DNA of 63,503 nucleotides, counting the filler, from Chiloscyllium plagiosum (lineage: Eukaryota): NCBI RefSeq assembly GCF_004010195.1. It is 3 parts of one record of this genome, joined end to end, with 100 filler letters (N's around TTAATTAATTAA, not from the genome) between each part and the next. Parts side by side here need not be neighbours in the genome. Positions count along the whole stretch, not along the records: positions 1 to 26,078 come from NC_057714.1; 2 more parts are not named here. One strand, given 5' to 3'. Under the pieces are notes generated by a model that did no database searches, was not told the DNA's origin, and worked only from the letters and a program-made list of their open reading frames with translations. Shown piece by piece: positions 12,460-25,407 of the stretch. Positions within the stretch are counted from its first letter, which is position 1. Each line of letters starts with the position of its first letter. Position numbers and translations under genes: made by a program.

Positions 12460-13062
12460 TAGCAATTTTTGAGAAGACTTGAAGCTCAGGTTGATAAGTA
12501 TGCAGGTTAGCTCGCTGAACTGGAAGGTTTGTTTTCAGAAGTTTTGTCACCATGACTAGGTAACATCATATTGAGAGTCTCCAGTAAAGTGCTGGTGGTA
12601 TGTCCTGCCTCTCTCTCTTTATAGATCTTGGTTTCTTAAAGTGGGTAATGTCATTTCTGGTTCTTTTTTTCAAGAGAAGGTAGATGGATCTAAGTCAATA
12701 CGTTTATTGATGGAGTTCTGGTTAGAATGTCATGCCTCCAAGAATTCTCGTGCATGTCTTTGTTTTGCCTGTCCTAGGACGTGTGTGTTGTCTTAGTCAA
12801 AGTGGTGTCCTTCCTTGTTTTTAAGTATAGAAACTCATGATAATGGGTTGTGTCTATTGGCGGCTAGTTAGTGTTCATGTATCCTGGTGGCAAGTTTCCT
12901 TGCTTGTTTCCTGCAGTGCATTTTACAGTTCTTGCATGGTATTTTGTAAATGTTGGTTTGGCTAATAGTATCTAATGGATCCTTTAGGTTCATTAGTCAC
13001 TGTTTAAGTGTGTTGATAGGCTTGTAGGCTACCATGATACCAAGGGGTCTGAGAAATCTGGA
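12460..13062 (-). mobile_element. Penelope-like element family C, 3' fragment
   Basis: Homologous to 37403-37935 (IYKIPCKNC.., AREFLEAWHSN). Confidence 0.8.
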
Positions 13063-13834
13063 AGGAAGTAAAAGTACATGGAGAAGGAAGATATAGGAGT
13101 AACAGGATGTCACAAGCCAAAAAGATCATTTCAGCAAACTGTGTGGAGGAGACATTGTTTCTCTCTGCCCATGAAACCCATTTTTTTGTTTGTGTATGTC
13201 TGTATGTGCATGTAAGATGGTTAAAGTTTTAACCAGTAATAATCTATTTGTAGTCAGTACAGAAAGTTCACACTTCCTATCAAAAGACAGGAAATTAGAT
13301 TATTTTGTAAATTTTTAACTTTTGTGACAACTCTGGGAATAATGGGACTTGATTTCCTGCCTAATCTCAATGATGCGGAATAACGGTAATCCCCTGAATG
13401 TTGATAGAGATTCAGCGATAGTAAAAACATCGCATGCCAAGAGATGGAGGTTTTGTTTCTCTAGTTGGAGATTTTCATTACCTGGCATTTAGGTGTTGTA
13501 AACGTTACTTGCCGCTTATCGCCCAGCTTGGATACTGTCCATTTCTTGCTACACATGGGCATGACTGCTTCAGTAACTGATGAATTATGAATGGTGTGGG
13601 ACATTGTACAAACATCAGCAGATGTCTAGACCTCTGAACATCATATTGGAGGGGTGGTCATTGATGAAGCAGCAGAATATTTTTAGGCCTTAGACACTCT
13701 TTTGAAGAACTCCTGTCGTGATATCCTAGGACAGAGATAATTGACCTCTAACAGCCTCATTCTTTCATTGTGATAGATCTGACTCCTTCCAGTGGCGTGT
13801 TTTCTGTGATTCCAATTAACTTCAGTTTTGCTAG

Positions 13835-13955
13835 GCTCTTTATGCCCGAAACATCGATTCTTCTTCTCCTTTGATGCTGCCTGATCTGCTGCGCTTTTCC
13901 AGCAACACGTTTTTAAGCTCTGATCCCCAGCATCTGCAGTCCTCACTTTCTCCTC
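13835..13955 (+). mobile_element. PLE family A terminal fragment
   Basis: gcccgaaacatcgattc...ctgcagtcctcactttctcct, as at 6478-6588. Confidence 0.85.
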
Positions 13956-14191
13956 TTTAATGTGATACTCTGTTAAATGATGCATTGATGTCAAATGTAG
14001 TCACTATCCCTTCGCTTTTGGAGTAATGATATAGTAATGATGTCAGGAGCCAGTGGCTGTGAAGAATTCTAAATAGGGCATTTGTGGGCAGGTTATTTCT
14101 TTGCAAGTGCCACATGCTGATAATGTTGACAACCCCTTACATCGTTTTGCTGATGATTGTGAGTAAACTGATCGCATGTTAGAAGAAGGGT

Positions 14192-14285
14192 GTGCTCTGA
14201 AGAGGGGTCACTGGACTCAAAATTAACTTTCCCTCCTCAGATACTTTCAGACCTGCTGAGTTTTTCCAATAATTTCTGATTTTGC
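14192..14285 (+). mobile_element. Older PLE-type terminal repeat (family D)
   Basis: tctgaagaggggtcactggactcaaaattaac..cagacctgctgagttttt; related to 32040-32210 and 50480-50578. Confidence 0.55.
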
Positions 14286-14984
14286 CCCTGATAGTTTGCT
14301 AATTAGCTGGGCTTGGGCTTGTCCTGATATTCATGCACACGACATACCTGGGGAATTTACCACATTGTTGGGTAGATGCCAATGCTGTAGCTGTACTGGA
14401 ACAATCTGGCTAGGAGCACTAGCTTCCAGTTGTGGTTGCATTAGTTTCCAATTGTCTTAGCCTGCATAAGAGAATGGGCCTGACTAGGATAATGATCAGA
14501 GGCGACACAGAGGAGGAAACACTGTGAAGATTGGTGGTGAGGAGGAGGAAGAAATTGACCTTTTGAGACCGTTTAATGGTTAACTTATCAGTATTTTTTG
14601 AGCTGAGATTGTTTTAAACCCATATGAGTAAAGGAGCCCCTAGGGTGATAATAGGATTTAGTTTTGCATTGGGAGCTTTTTATGTGGGCAGAGTAATCAC
14701 TGAGGAGTTTTAGCTTACTTTTAATTTTGAAAGATGAACTATTTTTGGGAAAGAGAACCCCATTGGTTGAAGAACTTTTGTTTACAGTTTACAAAAGTCC
14801 TGATTGAAGTCAGATGTATGTTTCTCCTAGAGAAAGGAGTTAATGGGAATTAATTACCTCTGTTGTTTGAGTACTGGAAAGGGATGCTGTTGAGATGTTC
14901 GGGGTTGTATTTTATTGAGTTTTCAAGTATCTGGAATATATTATTGTTGGTTCTTTTATTGTTTTTTGGTTGTCCTCAGCTGGT

Positions 14985-15965
14985 TTTAAAGTCTTCCCAA
15001 TCCTCTAGTTTCCCACTAATCATCACCACATAGTTTGCTTTTTTTTAATGCTTTCAGCCGTGGTTATTTCATCCTCCCCGAGTATGTTTCTTCTTCCTTG
15101 GGATGTATTTTTGCTGTGTCTCCTGAATTACTCTCAGAAACTCCTGCCATTGGTGCTCAACTGTTTTCCCTGCCAGGGTCCCCTTCCAATCAACTCTGGC
15201 CAGCTCCTCCAAGTTTCTGTAGCTACCTTTACTGAATTGTAATAATGCTACATATGATTCCATATTCTCCCTCTCAAACTGCAAGGTGAATTCTATCATG
15301 GTTGGCATGGTGGCTCAGTGGTTAGCACTGCTGCCTCACAGTACCAGAGACCCGGGTTTGATTCCAGCCTCGGGCGACTGTAAGTGTGGAGTTTGCATAT
15401 TCTCCCCATGTCTGCGTGGGTCTCCTCTGGGTTCTCTGGTTTCCTCCCACAGTCCAAAGTTGTGCAGGTCAGGTGAATTGGCCATGCCAAATTGCCCATG
15501 GTGTTAGGTTGCATTAGTCAGAGGGAAATGCGACTGGGTGGTTTACTGTTCGGAGGGTTAGTGTGGACTTGTTGGGCTGAAGGGCCTGTTTCACACTGTA
15601 GGGAAACCTAAACATATTATGGTTGCTGCCCCTTGGAGTTCTTTCACCCTAAGCTCCCTAATCAAGTCTGCCTCATTACATGTCACCAAATCCAGAGTTG
15701 CCTGTTGCCTACTGGGCTGTACCACAAATTGATCAAAAAAAATCATCTCGTAGACATTTCACAAATTTCTATTCTTTAGATTCAGTTCTCTTTCATGTTG
15801 AAGTCTTCCAGGATTATTTTAATAATGCCTTTCTTATGGACCTTTTCTATCTCGATCTATTTTCTTCCCACATCCTGACTATTGCTCAGAAGCCTGTAGA
15901 GAACTCCCATCGGGGTCTTTTCTTTCGGATCCCTCAACTCTACCCACACAGAATCTGACTTCTAA
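14985..15965 (-). mobile_element. CR1 endonuclease/linker relic, interrupted by a SINE
   Basis: MIEFTLQFERE..LLQFSKGSYRNLEELARVDW..QWQEF..YIPRKKK. Confidence 0.8.
15300..15612 (+). mobile_element. tRNA-derived SINE (HE1/V-SINE type)
   Basis: A/B boxes and conserved body. Confidence 0.88.
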
Positions 15966-16559
15966 CACTATGGCACTTGGAGAGCTGGACAGAAATCTGT
16001 CAGTCTGGTCTCTCATCAGGCGGAGCCGTCTTCCCAAGTCAGTCTGAGGGTGTGTTAAGTGAACCATGTTAGTCCTGAGGATTTGCATTGAATATCAGGA
16101 GGCATTATCAGGGGGAAGTGCTGTGATGGAGAATTCGAGGAAGTCAAGTGTGGAGTTTACTGCTGAGCACCCTTGGCTAAAGCGATCGAGTGTGGTGAAT
16201 GCATCTCAGGCAGCCACACTGTTCTGCTGAATGTGGCTTTCCATTGCAGCCACCAACCTGCACATGGTGTTAGTCAGAAGCACACATGCTGAAGCTAGCA
16301 GTGTACTGATAACATTAGTGGATTCTTCCAAACTTTGAATCAGTTGACTGAGTGTCTCTGACAAATCTGTTTGAACAGTTTAATAAAGACATTAATAGCT
16401 GGTGCCATGGTGCCCTCTCCAATCTGAGACTGAACAGGATACCTGGTCGCTGAGAGATGGGTGAAGAGCTGGTGGCCAAAGGAGCTGGTCTTTTGCAGAT
16501 GGCGGCGGAGTGGATGTTACTGGTGCCTGGACAAGACAGGACATGGAATGCGTTGCTCA

Positions 16560-16785
16560 ATGGGGTGGAGGCATGAGCATCTTAAGAAAACATTCACAGA
16601 GCTGCAAACCACAATGACTTTGACCTTTCTGTCAGCATATGGCATCTCGCATTCCAAATGAACGGACTTGATTTTCTCCAGCTCATTGAAGACTCTTGTT
16701 GTACAAATATTAGCCACCTCCTGCTGGCCATCCTTGCTGTTGTGACTCTATTATGGGCCATTTTCTCCTGTAATGAAACAAAGAG
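16560..16785 (-). mobile_element. Possible Harbinger Myb/SANT-gene second-exon relic
   Basis: Minus strand tttgtttcattacag|GAGAAAATGGCCCATAATAGA = acceptor + EKMAHNR, resembling the K.AHN.R...TGGG motif. Confidence 0.4.
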
Positions 16786-17914
16786 GGATTGAGGGAGATG
16801 AAAGTGGCTGGTGTTGGAAAGGTGGTGGCGTATCCTGACTGCGTAATTTGGAAGAGCAGAGAGGAAGGAAGCTTACTGAGTTAGGAGAATAGGGAAGGTG
16901 ATAGCCATTCAGGGATGATGCTGCAGGCAATCATGAGATTGGGAAGCCATGAGACTTGGTGGGAGCTGTGTGCAATAGCAGAGGTAGAATTGGTGTAACA
17001 TAGCAGTGATCTGGGGAGGCAACTTCACACCAGACTGGCAAATGTGCAGCCAGGTTTTAAGAATGGCATCTGTGCTGTGAACACTGTAAGGTCCTGGCAC
17101 CAGCAAGCTCTGCCACCACAGCTGAGCACAAGATTGTGCAAGAGTCCTGCCGAGGATCAGGATACAATAAATGAGGTGGCCAGCGGAGATTGTGTGAGAA
17201 AAGTCATCTGGATTCCTGAAGGGAAACCCTCCCTAAAATTGACCCTTAGCCAAAATATGGAAAATTGATCCCAAACTTCAGGCCTTTTGTCATTTATTTC
17301 TTACCGAAGGGCAGCCTATGTTCAGGTACATTGATAGCAGGTAGAGGTTACTTGCTGAATCTTAAGAATTTTTAAGGTTGTTCTAGGCACAAGCTACATC
17401 AATGTAGATAGGAGGAAACTATCAATTGTGGATGAAGTGTAAAAAGAAAACATAAAATAAAGCAAGTTTATTTTCATCCAGTGCCTTTTGTGAACTCAAT
17501 GACCTCAGCCAATATAAACACATCAATGTTGTCTGTTTTCAGTGTAAACTTTCTCATGGTCTAGTTGTCTTTGCGAGCAATTAATGTAAATGTTATTATC
17601 AAAACTGCTCCTGCCATGTCGTGCCTGGTGATTTCCAATCTTATTTCTGCCCTAATAGACTAGGAAAGTGAGGAACTTTTCTGATGATCCATCTGATCCT
17701 TTGGAGAAAACCTGGGGCAGTTCAATCACAATCTGGCACCTGTTGGAAGTGGTATGTGCTGCTCTTTTAACTGGGATGAAACGTGGCAAGAAGAGACAAA
17801 AAGGAGTGAGTTTTTGAATAAGAAAAGAACAACCCAGATCATATATTTGATTCCATGGAGGAAACTATTTGAATCTTGTGTTGGGCTTGCATTATGCTCC
17901 TGTCTTATGGCCAT

Positions 17915-18024
17915 AAAACTCTGGGTCATGGGCTCAAAATCCTGGAATTCCTCTTCAAGGACAACTAGGGATGGGCAATAAACGCTGACTGGCCAGTGGT
18001 GTCCACATCCCATCAATAAAAAAA
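17915..18024 (+). mobile_element. LINE/SINE 3' tail (gggcaataaa.gctg..cacatccca)
   Basis: Same 3' end as the SINEs at 36605-36920 and 60262-60570. Confidence 0.6.
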
Positions 18025-18814
18025 CCCTTCAGACAATGGACTCTTAAAATTGGACTTTTAAGATTGCATGGAAGAAGACAGGTTCTCAAAATGGACTCCA
18101 AAGAATCAGGTGCCATCTTTTGTGGTTTCTATCCACAACATCTTTGAATGTGGTTCCAGAAAGACATTAAAATATGTCTCCTTTAGCTGGACCTTCCATT
18201 GAAAAGCTGTCAACACTCAACAGATAACTTATGGAATCAACAGTTATCATTAGCTTGATAATAACAGAAGTCAAATACTATGGTAGTCCCATCTTTGTTA
18301 GAATCCAAGATTGAGCATACCAAAGAGGGATGTGAAGAAGCCAATTTATCAAAAAAACATGCAAATAACCAACATCCATTCACCATTGTGTGGCAATGAC
18401 TTGTAGCATCAAATCATTTATGTGGATAAGGGAAGTATTGATTTTCTGTGGTTATATAATAGGCTGGAGTTCAGAACTTAGTGTGCCGCAAAGAGCCCTG
18501 AGAAGGCAATCTAGGACAAAGAGCTTAGATCGATGACATCCTGCCCAGAAAGAGAAAGCACCCTGCCTCAGAAAGTCACCTCAGGCAAAAAAAAACAAAC
18601 TTTTATTAAAAAATGCCAGGAAGGATATATTTTTCCCTAGAAAGAAAGCTTTCACTAGAAACGCCAGCCACTTGCCAATTGTTGGAATACAGTTGTGAAT
18701 TTATCATTGGATATCTTCAACCATTGTTCCGCCAGTGAACTGAAAATAAGTTTTTAGAAGTGCAAAATTTCTGACTTCCTCCTTGGAGAAATAGAGTACT
18801 CGTGACTCTCAGGA

Positions 18815-19960
18815 CTTAGAGTCATAGAGTCACAGAGATGCACAGCAGGAAAACAGACCCTTTGGTCCAATTCATCCATGTTGACCAGATATTCTAAATT
18901 AATTTAGTCCCATTTGCCTGCAATTGGCCCATACCCCTCTAAACTCTTCCTATTCATATATACATCCAGCTGCCTTTTAACTGTGTAATTGTACCAGCCT
19001 CAACCATTTCTTCTGGTAGCTCATTTCATACATGCATCACCCTCTGCAAGAAAACGTTGCCCCTCAGGTTCCTTTTTGTATCTTTCCCTTCTCACCCGAA
19101 ACCTATGCCCTCTAGTTCTGGAGTCCCCTCCCCAGGAAAAATATGTTGTTTATTTATCCTATCTATGCTCCTTATGGTTTTATAAACCTCTATAATGTCA
19201 TCCCTCAGCCTCCGACTCTCCAGAGACTGTTCAGTCTCTGCTGATAGATCCTTGTAAATCTTTTCTGAACTCTTTCAAGTTTCACAAATCCTTCTGATAG
19301 CAGGGAGATCAGAATTGCATAGAATATTCCAATAGTTGCCCGACCAATGTTGTGTGCAATGGTAATAGGACCTCCCAACTCCTATACTTAATGCTCTCTA
19401 ACAAAGGAAAGCGTACCAGACGCATTCTTCACTCTTCTATCTACCTGCGACTCCACTTTCAATGAACTATGAACCTTCACTCTAAAATCTCTTTGTTCAG
19501 CAACACTCCCCAGGACTTATCATTAAGTGCACAAGTCCTGCTTTGATTTGCCTTTCCAAAACACAGCACCTCACATTTACCTAAACTCCAACTGCCACTC
19601 CTCAGCCCATTGGCCCATATAATCGAGATCCCGTTGTACTCTGAGGTAACTTTCTTCGCTGTCCACTACACCTCTAATTTTGGTGTCATCTGCAAACTTA
19701 CTAACTATACCTCTTTTATGTTCACATCCAAATCATTTATGTAAATGATGAAAAGCAGTGGACTCATCAGCGATCCTTGTGGCACCCCACCTCGTACAGG
19801 CCTTCAGTTTGAAAAGCAACCCTCCATCACCACTCTCTGTCTTCTACCTTCAAACCAGTTCTGTCTCCAAATGGCTAATTCTCCCTGTATTCCATGTGAT
19901 CTAATCTTGCTAAACAGTCAACCATGAGGAACCCTGATTGAAGTCCAAAATTAAGTCCAT
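18815..19960 (-). mobile_element. CR1 LINE 3' half
   Basis: GVPQGSLMSPLLFIIYINDLD and SKFADDTK motifs on the minus strand; (agagtcat) tail. Confidence 0.9.
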
Positions 19961-20319
19961 ATTAAACATTAGAGACATAATTTCTGCGTGTCTTCGTGTT
20001 TGTTTGTGGATGAGGAGTGGGTGTTTGTTGCAATTGCATTCAGATGCTGTGCAAATGAGTGCTTATCCTTTGTATTGATTTAAATGTGCAGAAAAGCCTG
20101 TTTTATGTTGGTTCTGTAAAGTCGCAACACTTAAGTGGCTAAAACTCTCCCTAAAATACATCAATCAAGAGGTAGGTCAAAAGGGGATATTAACCAACAT
20201 TATTCAGTCCATAATACCTGATAAGATGCACAAATACGGCCTTCAATATGGCCTTTTAGATCTGATGTATCATCTCATGAAGAGATTGTTATCTTCTATC
20301 TGGGTTCAGAATAATTACA

Positions 20320-20478
20320 GGAGAAAGTGAGGAGTGCAGATGCTGGAGATCAGAGTTGAGAGTGGTGCTGGAAAAGCACAGCAGGTCAGGCAGCATCTGA
20401 GGAGCAGGAGAATCGATGTTTTGTGCATAAGCCCTTTGTCAGGAATGAGTATTATATCAGCACCACACTCTCGACTCA
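20320..20478 (-). mobile_element. Miniature PLE family A
   Basis: Full terminal sequence plus short inverted arm; flanked by aataatta direct repeats. Confidence 0.85.
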
Positions 20479-20777
20479 AAATAATTATGCCCAAGTGATG
20501 CAGAAAGAACTCCTTGGGAAGGTATTTGATGGTTGTTGAGAATAGTTTAGAACCAGATCACGCATGCATTGAACAGACATCTAAAAAGACATTAAAATTA
20601 TGGTGTCTACACGCAATATATTGCAGAAATGCGCAATGCCAAGAGATAATAGCTACTGAAATACCACCCATGCCATGGCATACTGTGAGTGCCAATTTAC
20701 GCATACAACCAAGTACGGTATTTCAATGTTTCAGAATACTACTTGGCAATCCCTTTATCTGAAAGCTGAAAGATTTG

Positions 20778-20869
20778 AAGTTAAAAATCACACAACACTA
20801 GGTTATAGTCCAACAGGTTTATTTGGAAGCACTAGCTTTTGGAGTGCTGCTCCTTCATCAGGTGGTTGT
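20778..20869 (-). mobile_element. PLE family B terminal fragment
   Basis: aaaaatcacacaacactaggttatagtccaacagg...ccttcatcaggtggttg, as at 31120 and 37247. Confidence 0.85.
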
Positions 20870-21148
20870 CAAGCTCCAAAAACAGTTCCTCCAATATGAG
20901 TTTGATTTGTTGAGCAAAGGATTCCTGAAAGAGCAATATGTGATGACAGAACCCAATTCCTCTCCAGAGAATTTATTGGACTTGCTGCAGTGTGAGTTTA
21001 ACATCTCCCTAATCACCATATTACCAACAAGGACAGGGAAAGATCGAAACATTGACTTATTGTCATGCCAGTCTGCACTTCTCCAAGATGATATGAAATT
21101 GCCTGCAGAGCTGATGTTGAGAAGAAAGTGCAAGACAATTCTAAACAG

Positions 21149-21374
21149 GGAGAAAGTGAGGAGTGCAGATGCTGAAGATCAGAGTTGAGAGTGTGGTGCT
21201 GGAAAAGCACAGCAGGTCAGGCAGTATCTGAGGAGCAGGAGAATCGATGTTTCTGGCAAAAGCCCTTCATCAGGGATGCCCTTCCTGATGAAGGGCATTT
21301 GTCCGATATGTCGACTCTCAGTTCCTCGAATGCTGCCTGACTGCTGTGCTTTCCAGCACCATACTCTCAATTCT
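21149..21374. mobile_element. Miniature palindromic PLE family A with two opposed hammerhead-like cores
   Basis: cccttcatcagg-gatgccctt-cctgatgaaggg centre with long inverted arms; ctaaaca on both flanks. Confidence 0.85.
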
Positions 21375-21449
21375 ACTAAACAAGTAATTTAAGTGTCCAG
21401 AATTAACAAAGGTATTTCAGTGACTCAAAACAGGTTAAAACAAGGATCC

Positions 21450-22424
21450 CGGTTACTAGTGGTGTGTCACAAGGATCTGTTTTGGGACCACTGCTGTTTG
21501 TCATTTTTAAAAATGACTTAGACACAGTCATAGGTGGATGGATTAGTAAATTTGCAGACGACACTAAAGTCAGTGGAGTAGTGGACAGTTTGGAAGAATG
21601 CTACAGGTTTCAGGGGGACTTGGATAAACTGCAGAATTGGGCTGAGTGGTGGCAAATGGAGTTCAATGCAGCTAAATGTGAGGTGATGCACTAAGCATAA
21701 CAGGAAGGCAGAGTATTGGGTCAATGGAAAGATTCTTGGTAGTGTGGATGTGCAGAGGGATCTTGGAGTCCATGTACATACATCCCTGAAAGTTGCCACC
21801 CAGGTGGGTAGTGCTGTTAAGAAGGCATACAGTGTGTTAGGTTTCATTCGTAGAGGGATTGAGTTCCGGAGCTGTAATATCATGCTGCAAATATACAAAA
21901 CGCTGGTGCGGCCACACTTGGAATACGGTTCTGGTCCTCATATTTCAGGAAGGATTGGAAGCATTGGAAAAGGTGCAGAGGAGATTTACCAGGATGTCGC
22001 ATAGTCTGGAGGGAAGGTCTTATGAGGTAAGGCTGAGAGACTTGGGTCTGTTCTCATTGGAATGGAGAGGGCTAAGAGGGGATTTAATAGAGACATACAA
22101 GATGATCAGAGGATTAGATAGGGTAGCCAGTGAAAGTCTTTTTCCTAGGATGTGTGTACGAGGGGGCATAGCTACAAATTGAGGGGTGATAGATTTAAGA
22201 CAGATGTCAGGGGCAGATTCATTACGCAGAGAGTGGTAAGGGCGTGGAATGCCCTACCTGCTAATGTAGTCAACTCAGCCACATTAGGGAGATTTAAACA
22301 ATCCTTAGATAAGCACATGGATGATGATGGGATAGTGTAGGGGGACGAGCTAAGAATAGTTCACAGGTTGGCGCAACATCGAGGGCCGAAGGGCCTGTTC
22401 TGCGCTGTATTTTTCTATGTTCTA
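21450..22424 (+). mobile_element. Young CR1 LINE, 5'-truncated
   Basis: SQGSVLGPLLFVIFKNDLD, SKFADDTK, LVRPHLEY; ctatgttcta tail; same subfamily as 53968-56325. Confidence 0.95.
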
Positions 22425-23329
22425 ACTTCTGAGGTGGCTGAACATTAATGTACCTGTGTCCTGCAAATTACAAAATCATAGAAATCAAGCTAGATAGCAT
22501 GATGAACCTATGAGAGTCAATCATCCTAAAGAAATGGTATGCAATTTAAAATTATATGCAAAAAAAGCAAAGATGACGTGAGAATTAAAGACTTTTTCAC
22601 AATGAGTAGTTAGGGCATGGAATATATGACCTGGACGTCTAATGGACGTAGCCTCGGTTTTGGCAGTCATGAGGGCATTGGATGATGATTTGTAAAGAAA
22701 TGATGTGACGGTATCTGGGGAAAAGGCAGCAGATTGAGATCAGGGAATAGAACTTCAGGCAAGATTGGGTGAATGGCCTCATTCTTCTGTGCCATAAGAA
22801 TTCTGTGGTTCTGTGATTCTGTGAGGAATGTAAATTGACCATCTCCTGACTGATACACAAAATATCTAGGCAACCCTACATATGTACTAAACTTGGTGTG
22901 GAATGAGCCATTAGACGCAATCATTTTAGACAATGGACTCTGGCTGTGAAGAGATTTCTTCCATCCACAATTTAATCAGGTCTAAGCTATAGACCTGGAG
23001 TCAATTTGCTATGACATTGTGTGTATAATTTGTCAGTTGGCAAGAGGAGGTCGTGTGCGTACTGGCAAACTCTCTTTGCATGTTTTAAGAAACTGCTTTG
23101 TCTCCAAGACACAGGAAAAGTGCCATCAAAAAAACCAGACTCAGTAGATACTCTCTTGATCTCTTCCTCTGCCCTGTAAGCTTAAGCTTTGCCTGTTGTT
23201 TGACCAGTCACATGCCATTAACAATGTTTTAAGAATCAACCCATTAGCTGCTGTCTCCAGAAGAACAGTTATAAATTATAAATCAAACTCTTTAAATTAA
23301 TTCAATGCAGCTTTCAAAAAGACTATTGA

Positions 23330-24178
23330 CGATTAGGACACTAAAATAGGTGGAAACATAAGATGCATTGAAGAAAACAGAAATTTACAAATGGTTATGG
23401 ATAGTTAAGGTATGTGAGGTGATATCTGGCAGATAAAGTTTAACATTTGATAAGTGTGAGGCTATCCTTTTTGGTCAGAGGAATAGAAAGGCAACCTATC
23501 TAAATATTCAGATAGCTTCAGGCTGCTTTGGTGGAGAGGAATCTGGGTGTCCTTGTGCATGAATTGTACAAAATTAGTATGCAGGTGTAGCTGGTAATAA
23601 GTAAGGCAAATTGAATTTTACAATGTATTGCTAAAGAAATAGAGAATAAAATGAAAGAATTTGTTGCAGCAACCATACAAGACATAAGTGAGATTGCACC
23701 AGGAATATTGAGTTCAGTTTTGTTCCTATGACTTGAAGAAGGATGTAGCTGCAATTGGAGGAGGTTCATTAGATTGAGTACAAAGGTGAAGGGTTTACCT
23801 TACAAAGAGAATGGAGCAGTTTACGCCTATGCGTTTAGAATGATGAGAGGAAATTGAATGAGGTACATAAAATACTGAAGAGGATTGACAAAGTAAACAG
23901 AGAGAAGATGATTCCTCATGTCAAGCATTCGAGAATGAGGATAAGAGATGAGGAGAAATTACTTTCTCTCAAAGGGACATGAATCCATGGTGGAAACTGG
24001 GACATTGAATAAATGTAAGGAGAAGACAAACAAATTTTTAATGAGTAATAGATTGAAGGGTTATGGAGAGCAGGCACGAACATGAAGTTGAGGCTGGTCA
24101 ACCAAAATGTATCAAATGGTGGAGCAGGCTCGAGAGACTGAATTGCCTACTCCTGCTCGTAATTCTTAGGTTTTTATG
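23330..24178 (+). mobile_element. Old CR1 3' fragment
   Basis: Relics of DDTKIGG, W..KFN..KCE and DLGVLVH; cctactcctgctc 3' end. Confidence 0.8.
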
Positions 24179-25407
24179 CTGTTATGAGTCTAGTGTGAAG
24201 TCATCCAAATCAATTAATCTACAAGATTGGTAGACGACTGATCTTTACTGTACTTTTAAACTATTTGGTCTATCATCCACCATGTAAGTTATGTGTGTGT
24301 TCATGTGTCAAATCTGGGATGTATTTGCATGAACGAGTCAAGTTTTTTTTTCAAATTCAATTCTAGTGTTAAACACGAGATAAGATTTGGGTTTTTTTTG
24401 TATGAAACCCAGTGTGCAGTTGAATGAGAAGTGAGGATAAAGAGGTGAGCTTTTCTAGCTCTTTACAGTTTACCAGCCACATGGACCGCAAAAAGAAGTT
24501 TACATTCCATCCAGCAGCCCAGTAAACAAATTCCACCTTCTGTATTTTCAGATGGATAATAAAATATTTCTAAAACAAAAAAAGAATATCCTCCAGCCAC
24601 TTTCTTAATAATCTCCTGAAGAATATAAGCAAGCCCTCCATTATTTTGTGCCCACTTAAAAATGCAGTGAAAACAACAATAGGGACAATGACCTTCAGAT
24701 GCCCTGAAATTCCTTTTGTTTTTTTAAAAAGGAAAACAGGACAGTGCTCATTTTCTTTCTAATTGAATATATAGCAAGGAAACAGGGGAATGGAAGGTTT
24801 TTATTTGTGATGGCTCAGAATATGATTGCATTAATGAGTTGCTATTTTGAAGAAAATTTTAAAACAAAACTAATTGCTTCCCAATGTACTCCGATACGGT
24901 TCGCCAGTAACACTGCAGATAATTGCATCTTCAATGATTCTTCACTCACCCGAGATGATTTTCACACAGATGCTTCCTTGTTGTTCAGCTGGCATGGCAT
25001 CATTACTTGGGGCTAGATTTGCTGCAAGCATTGGGAACATTAGGCTGGACCTTAATTTCTTTTGACGAAGTCCAAGTTGTGTCGAGTTGTTTGGAGTGTT
25101 ATTTGCCACAAGGCCGAGCCCTACCTCGCCAAACTTGCCTCATTAATTCCCGACCCTGCTGTCATGGCAGACCTCATTTCTGGCTTCTCTCTTATCCGAT
25201 CACTCACTTTTCCTGGTACATCTCGTACATCTGTACAAATGGACAGGAGAAAAAAAATGAAACCAACAGAGGCTAAAAACTGTCCCCACAATATCAACCA
25301 GATTTGCACAAACATGAACTCTCTTTTCTTCTATCTTGGCTTTTTTGTTGCTTGAAGCTTTTGCATGTTATTGTAGTGAACTCTGACAACATTGAGATGT
25401 CCAGTAT

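Larger units (their letters stand above)
13385..14425 (-). mobile_element. Old non-LTR (CR1/L2 group) RT relic, interrupted by small PLE ends
   Basis: Minus strand near 14330-14420 reads LARLFQYSYSIGIYPTMW..PQVCRVH. Confidence 0.65.
20220..21445 (+). mobile_element. Gypsy LTR-retrotransposon integrase relic, interrupted by three PLE minis
   Basis: MQKELLGKVFDG, IATEIPPMPWHTVSANL, TQFLSREF, SPYYQQG, PAELMLRRKCKTIL. Confidence 0.7.

Noticed and set aside
18030..18810. Possible LTR or unknown repeat (also 13070-13380, 19960-20215, 45480-46110)
   Set aside because: Texture is LTR-like but I cannot find a paired LTR or clear TG..CA termini, so it is not called.
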